DNA of 64,000 nucleotides from Rickettsiales bacterium UBA2645 (GTDB lineage Bacteria; Pseudomonadota; Alphaproteobacteria; Rickettsiales; UBA1997): NCBI GenBank assembly GCA_002359655.1, contig DENL01000005.1, positions 13,192 to 77,191 of the forward strand, read 5' to 3'. Shown piece by piece: positions 59,374 to 64,000 of this stretch (position 1 is its first letter; each line of letters starts with the position of its first letter). The notes under the pieces were generated by a model. It saw only the letters and a program-made list of their open reading frames with translations, ran no database searches and was not told where the DNA came from. The position numbers and the translations under genes were made by a program.

Positions 59374-61353
59374 ATGTCGAAATTTTTTGCCCAAGTCTTG
59401 TTGCCTTTGGCGCTTGATGAATGCTTCACTTACCAAGCTGAAGACTCAATTGAGCGCGGTGATGTGGTGCAAGTTGAGTTTGGTAAAAAACAAATTTGGG
59501 GCTTGGTTGTGCAAGTCAAAAAAGAGGCGCCAACCAATTTTGCCTTAGAAAAAATAAAACCGATTTTAGAAAAAAATTCGCGATTAAAATTCAGCGAAAA
59601 TCAGCTAAAATTTATTGAAACAATTGCCTCTTACAATCTTGCCAGTCATGGTTTGGTGCTAAGAGCATTTTTAGGAATTTTAAACTCCGATAAAGTCAAA
59701 AAAATTCCCCAAGGTTTAGAGCAAAAAGTTGAAGCGCAAAATTTTTCTTTGAAAAAATTACTACCCAAACAGCAAGAAATTTTTACTCAGCTAAGCGACA
59801 CGCTCAGTCAATCAAAGCTTGAAGTAAGCCTTTTGGACGGCGTTACTGGCTCTGGCAAAACCGAAATCTATTTTGCACTGATTGCCGAAATTTTAGAAAA
59901 AAATTCCAACGCACAAATTTTAATCTTGCTTCCAGAAATCGCTTTAACCAGCCAATTGCTGCTGCGCTTTCAAGATCAATTTAAATTCAAGCCAGCTTTG
60001 TGGCACTCAAAAATTTCGAAAAAAGACAAGCGTGAAATTTTTTACGGCGTAGCACAAGGATCAGTTAAAGTCTTGATTGGCGCGCGTTCAAGCCTGTTGC
60101 TTCCTTTCAAAAATCTGCAATTAATTGTAATTGACGAAGAGCACGATTCGTCTTTCAAGCAAGAAGATGTTTTTAATTTTCACGCCCGCGACATGGCGAT
60201 TGTCAAAGCCAAGCTAGAAAATTTTTCAGTTATTTTGTCTTCAGCAACGCCAGCACTTGAAACTTACGTAAATGCCGTTTCGGGCAAGTATCGCCATTTT
60301 ATTTTAGAGCAAAGTTTTGGTCAAAAAAACGACATTGAATTGATTGATTTGCGTCGTGAAAAACTTTTCAAAGATCAGTTTTTGTCAGAAAAATTACGTC
60401 AAGAAATTGCAAAAAACTTAGCAGAAGAAAAACAAACTTTACTTTTTTTAAACCGTCGCGGATACGCACCAGTAACACTTTGCAAGACTTGCGGAAAAAA
60501 ATATCAATGTGCTGATTGTGATTTTAATTTGGTGCTGCACAAGGCAAAACAAAAATTGATTTGTCATTATTGCGGTCACCAAGAAAAGCTTTTGCACCAA
60601 TGTAAATTCTGCGGCGAAGTTGACGCTTTGATTTCAGTTGGAGCTGGTGTTGATCGGATAGCCGAAGAAGTAAAAAACATTTTTCCCAAAAGCAGAATTG
60701 TCTTAGTAACCAGCGACAGCGTAACAAGTTTTGCCGACGTTGATCATTTGGTTGCACAAATTTTAAATCGCGAAATCGACATTATTATTGGCACGCAAAT
60801 GATTGTGAAAGGCCACGACTTTCCTGATCTGAGCTTGGTTGGCATTGTTGATGCTGACGCCATGCTTTACTCTTCTGAACTGCGCGCTTTAGAGAAAACT
60901 TACCAGATTTTAACGCAAGTGATTGGTCGCGCCGGACGACGCCAGACTAAGGGTAAAGTGATTGTACAAACTTACAATCCAGAGAATTTTATTTTCGAGC
61001 AAATTTTAAAATCAGACAAAAAATCTTTTTACGATTTCGAAATCAAAAATCGCCAAACCCTTGAAATGCCACCTTTCTCAAGGTTTGTTAGATTTGAAAT
61101 AAGCTCTTTTACAGAAAGTGACGCAAAAAATTTTGCCAAGAAACTGATTCAAGCTTTTCCGATTAGCGAAAGAATTGAAATATTCGGACCAGCGCCAGCA
61201 GCACTTCAACGCTTAAAAAACCGGCACCATTTTTTAGTAAATTTAAAAGCTGAGAAAAAAATTAATCTGCAAAAGCTAATCAAGGAAGTTTTACAAACTC
61301 TTGAAATCCCAAAATCAGTTCGATTGAAAATTGATTTTGATCCAATTTCTTAA
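59374..61353 (+). CDS. priA: Primosomal protein N' (replication restart helicase PriA)
   Basis: 659 aa. Walker A 'GVTGSGKTE', 'VIDEEHD', Cys-rich zinc region 'CKTCGKKYQCADCDFNLVLHK..LICHYCGH...CKFCG'. Confidence 0.93.
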   Translation: MSKFFAQVLLPLALDECFTYQAEDSIERGDVVQVEFGKKQIWGLVVQVKKEAPTNFALEKIKPILEKNSRLKFSENQLKFIETIASYNLASHGLVLRAFLGILNSDKVKKIPQGLEQKVEAQNFSLKKLLPKQQEIFTQLSDTLSQSKLEVSLLDGVTGSGKTEIYFALIAEILEKNSNAQILILLPEIALTSQLLLRFQDQFKFKPALWHSKISKKDKREIFYGVAQGSVKVLIGARSSLLLPFKNLQLIVIDEEHDSSFKQEDVFNFHARDMAIVKAKLENFSVILSSATPALETYVNAVSGKYRHFILEQSFGQKNDIELIDLRREKLFKDQFLSEKLRQEIAKNLAEEKQTLLFLNRRGYAPVTLCKTCGKKYQCADCDFNLVLHKAKQKLICHYCGHQEKLLHQCKFCGEVDALISVGAGVDRIAEEVKNIFPKSRIVLVTSDSVTSFADVDHLVAQILNREIDIIIGTQMIVKGHDFPDLSLVGIVDADAMLYSSELRALEKTYQILTQVIGRAGRRQTKGKVIVQTYNPENFIFEQILKSDKKSFYDFEIKNRQTLEMPPFSRFVRFEISSFTESDAKNFAKKLIQAFPISERIEIFGPAPAALQRLKNRHHFLVNLKAEKKINLQKLIKEVLQTLEIPKSVRLKIDFDPIS

Positions 61354-61396
61354 ACTTGATTGCAACCGCTCTCAGCCTGATCCCAAACCACCTCCT

Positions 61397-62553
61397 GTTC
61401 CAGCTTGACCGCAAATTCCCGCCCTCTAGTTTTTCACCTAAATTGGCATGAAAATTTTTCTGGTTCCAGCTTGACCGCAAATTCCCGCCCTCTAGTTTAA
61501 AACCTAATAGGTTATTTAGGTTAATCTAGTTCCAGCTTGACCGCAAATTCCCGCCCTCTGGTTTAAAGTTGTTTTTGTTGTCCCGCTTGTTCAGGTTCCA
61601 GCTTGACCGCAAATTCCCGCCCTCTAGTTTTTTATCGTTTTTGTTATCTACAATGTAGATGTTCCAGCTTGACCGCAAATTCCCGCCCTCTAGTTTCAAA
61701 ATGATTTTTTAAAATTTTGTAACATTGGGTTCCAGCTTGACCGCAAATTCCCGCCCTCTAGTTTAAACCTTTTACACTTGAAAAATCAAATGCGGTTCCA
61801 GCTTGACCGCAAATTCCCGCCCTCTAGTTTTGCTCTTAATGAAAACCGCCAAGAAGCACCGTTCCAGCTTGACCGCAAATTCCCGCCCTCTAGTTTTTTA
61901 CCGATTAATTTTGCTTCTAGTTTTTTGTTCCAGCTTGACCGCAAATTCCCGCCCTCTAGTTTGAAGGTGTGAGACGAATAATCCATCATGCAGTTCCAGC
62001 TTGACCGCAAATTCCCGCCCTCTAGTTTATGAACCAACCGTAAGATGATTTACCAATCGTTCCAGCTTGACCGCAAATTCCCGCCCTCTAGTTTTTTGTG
62101 GGCGAATAAAAATGCTTTCCGGAAGTTCCAGCTTGACCGCAAATTCCCGCCCTCTAGTTTTAAACATATCCAATTCTTCATATCCTACCAGTTCCAGCTT
62201 GACCGCAAATTCCCGCCCTCTAGTTTTTGGGCGCGTAACAAATTGATTTCTTCAAGGTTCCAGCTTGACCGCAAATTCCCGCCCTCTAGTTTGTGATAAA
62301 GACTTTATCGCAAACAATACATGTTCCAGCTTGACCGCAAATTCCCGCCCTCTAGTTTTTCTTATCCCGCAATTGGAAGCCCTGTTATGTTCCAGCTTGA
62401 CCGCAAATTCCCGCCCTCTAGTTTATTTTTAGAAGATGCTCTTTTCAAAAAGTTCCAGCTTGACCGCAAATTCCCGCCCTCTAGTTTACACATTATTTTC
62501 TCGTTATTTCATTAAGTGTTCCAGCTTGACCGCAAATTCCCGCCCTCTAGTTT
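61397..62553. CRISPR. CRISPR array with 18 repeats of 36 bp (GTTCCAGCTTGACCGCAAATTCCCGCCCTCTAGTTT on +) and 17 spacers
   Basis: Repeats start at 61397, 61463, 61529, 61595, 61661, 61729, 61795, 61861, 61927, 61993, 62059, 62125, 62191, 62257, 62323, 62389, 62452 and 62518. Spacers are 30 bp, except 32 bp (61697-61728) and 27 bp (62425-62451). There is one repeat SNP (A>G at 61560, repeat 3). Confidence 0.98.
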
Positions 62554-62556
62554 GGT

Positions 62557-62603
62557 AGCCGTATAGTCCTTACGCTAGTAAAGACTATACGGCTTTTTGT
62601 TTT
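62557..62603 (+). terminator. Intrinsic terminator on the + strand abutting the last repeat (possible tracrRNA tail)
   Basis: agccgtatagtc / 14-nt loop / gactatacggct gives a 12-bp stem, followed by TTTTTgTTTT. On the - strand no T-run follows the stem. Confidence 0.75.
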
Positions 62604-62625
62604 GAAAAAAATGCTCAAATTTTCT

Positions 62626-62958
62626 TCAAAAAAGCTCGTATTGTTCAGGATTTTTTGGATTAGATTTTTCTTTTTTGCCGTTGAAGGTGATGATGTTTTC
62701 ATATTGTTTATCGGTGAAAACAAGAATGTGAATCTTGCCACTTTCGGGAATAATTTTCTCAATTTTTTTAATGTATCTTTCTGTTACTTCCTTGCTGGCA
62801 CAAAACCTTTGATAAACTGAAAATTGCGCCATCTGGAAGCCTAAATCAAGCAAAGAATTTCTAAATTCTGATGCCGCTTTGCGCTCTTTTTTTGTGTTGG
62901 TTGGCAGGTCAAATAAAACTTGAATCCACAAAATTCTGTAAGCTGAAAGTTGAGACAT
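62626..62958 (-). CDS. cas2: CRISPR-associated endoribonuclease Cas2 (type II)
   Basis: 110 aa. 'ILWIQVLFDLPTNTKKERKAASEFRNSLLDLGFQMAQFSVYQRFC' fits the type II Cas2 pattern. Confidence 0.9.
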   Translation of the reverse strand: MSQLSAYRILWIQVLFDLPTNTKKERKAASEFRNSLLDLGFQMAQFSVYQRFCASKEVTERYIKKIEKIIPESGKIHILVFTDKQYENIITFNGKKEKSNPKNPEQYELF

Positions 62959-62971
62959 TAAATAATAATTT

Positions 62972-63889
62972 TTAAGAAATTATTAGCTCGGTTGGTAGTG
63001 GTGAAAGTGGAAAGTCTAAATTTGCCTCTCCTTCTTCGAGACTACGCACAAAAGATTGACAAAGCTTTATCAGGCAATTGCTAATTGGTGTTGTACCTGC
63101 TGATGTTGACAAATCTAAACTTAAAATTTTGGTTAAAGATTTTTTTATTTCGGGCGTCAATTCTTCGATCCCTTTATTTTCTTCAGAAATTTTTTTAACT
63201 ACAAAATCAACCATTGGTCTGAAAGGCTCTATTAAGTCATCAACCAGACAAAAAGCATTTTCTTGATTTGAATGATGTATACCAATTGCAGGATGTAAAC
63301 CGGCAGAAAAAATTGCGCGCGCAGTTGCTGACCGCAAAACTGCATAGCCGTAATTCAGCATTGAATTAATTCCGCTGCTTTCAAAATTTCTTCTAAAATT
63401 TTCGCCAAAAAGTCGTTGCCAATATTTTCTTGCTGCTTGTGCTTCGAGATTTTCTTTGTCTCCTGAGCTTACTTTTTTGGCTAATTCCAAAAGTTGTTTT
63501 TCATCTTCACCGCTGAAGTGAGAAAGAATTGCCGCCTGGTTTAAAATTTTTGCCTTCACAACTTGTTGCCAAAGTCTTTTCTCCAAAGGTTTAGAAGATT
63601 GAATCTGTAAATTGATTTTCTGTTTGTGCAAATAATGCGGATTGGTGGGATAAAAAATTCCTGATGGCAAATAATTTGCGCCCAGAACCACAATCATCAC
63701 ACCTGCTTCAAGCAAAGAATTAAGCAAGTTAGTGGTGATTGTGGCGCCAGTTCCGTTTAAAATTAAAATGCCAATATCTTCAAAAGCGATGCGGGCTTTT
63801 TCGCTGTTTTCAACTTTTACCAATAAAAAACCGCGCGACATTGAAAGCGAAACTAAGGGATCAGAAATTTCAATGATGCGATTGGTCAT
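62972..63889 (-). CDS. cas1: CRISPR-associated endonuclease Cas1 (type II)
   Basis: 305 aa. 'NSMLNYGYAVLRSATARAIFSAGLHPAIGIHHSNQENAFCLVDDLIEPFRPMVD'. Confidence 0.92.
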   Translation of the reverse strand: MTNRIIEISDPLVSLSMSRGFLLVKVENSEKARIAFEDIGILILNGTGATITTNLLNSLLEAGVMIVVLGANYLPSGIFYPTNPHYLHKQKINLQIQSSKPLEKRLWQQVVKAKILNQAAILSHFSGEDEKQLLELAKKVSSGDKENLEAQAARKYWQRLFGENFRRNFESSGINSMLNYGYAVLRSATARAIFSAGLHPAIGIHHSNQENAFCLVDDLIEPFRPMVDFVVKKISEENKGIEELTPEIKKSLTKILSLDLSTSAGTTPISNCLIKLCQSFVRSLEEGEANLDFPLSPLPTELIIS

Positions 63890-64000
63890 TAATTTTCTTT
63901 GGTTGTTTTTAGGATTGGACCAGAGTCGAAGACTTTGCCAGAAGGAGAAACAAATATTTTTCTGAGTTTTTTATCGACTAAAGTATTTTTATTTAGATAA
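63889..64000 (-). CDS. cas9: 3' end of a probable cas9 (partial, runs off the window)
   Basis: The - strand frame is open from 64000 and encodes '..YLNKNTLVDKKLRKIFVSPSGKVFDSGPILKTTKEN*'. The stop overlaps the cas1 ATG (TAATG). Position upstream of cas1-cas2, with no csn2 or cas4, fits type II-C. Identity is inferred from synteny. Confidence 0.55.
   Translation of the reverse strand, partial: YLNKNTLVDKKLRKIFVSPSGKVFDSGPILKTTKEN

Noticed and set aside
61778-62515. Several 64-83-aa ORFs on both strands within the CRISPR array, with the reiterated peptide 'FQLDRKFPPSS' or 'LEGGNLRSSWN'
   Set aside because: They are translations of the 36-bp repeat read through in-frame spacers. The periodicity equals the repeat unit, so they are not genes.
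62557-62603. Hairpin considered as the terminator of cas2 (- strand)
   Set aside because: On the - strand the stem is preceded by an A/T tract but followed by 'accaaac' with no U-tract. The U-tract exists only on the + strand.

Overview
This is a visibly AT-rich, densely coding bacterial chromosomal window with about 65 protein genes, one tRNA and one CRISPR array. Several features suggest an alphaproteobacterium, probably a host-associated lineage with scrambled operons (inference, no search run): an AT-rich DnaA-box region next to hemE, a MidA/NDUFAF7-type methyltransferase, DUF2628 next to hisH, fused ispDF, a BolA/Grx4 pair, and long PstC/PstA. Housekeeping genes are pstC/pstA, folP, dnaK, atpDC and separately atpHAG, mrdA/mreD, pyrB, truB-rpsO-pnp, purK, rlmE, bioB, hisH, rpmI-rplT, tRNA-Met(CAT), grpE, clpPX, hemE, nadC, nuoF, ispDF, tal and priA. 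Five accessory or unusual regions stand out. (1) An AlbA_2/Schlafen-type ATPase gene sits between pstC and pstA. (2) A 10.7-kb signalling block lies between dnaK and atpC. It holds a REC-HK-pseudoREC-REC hybrid kinase; an HTH/Fic cassette bracketed by ~200-bp direct repeats, with an A_AAA_AAA frameshift site in fic; a phcBSR-like operon (methyltransferase, sensor kinase, atypical regulator) interrupted by a 179-bp MITE-like nested palindrome; and a PP2C phosphatase with a displaced DGHG motif coupled to a polytopic membrane protein. (3) A candidate oriC lies between a bolA-like gene and hemE. (4) An orphan lipoprotein-secretin operon is present. (5) A type II-C CRISPR-Cas locus (cas9 3' end, cas1, cas2, 18 x 36-bp repeats) has a + strand terminator, possibly a tracrRNA tail, at its cas2-proximal end. 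All family assignments come from motif recognition by eye, not from database searches.
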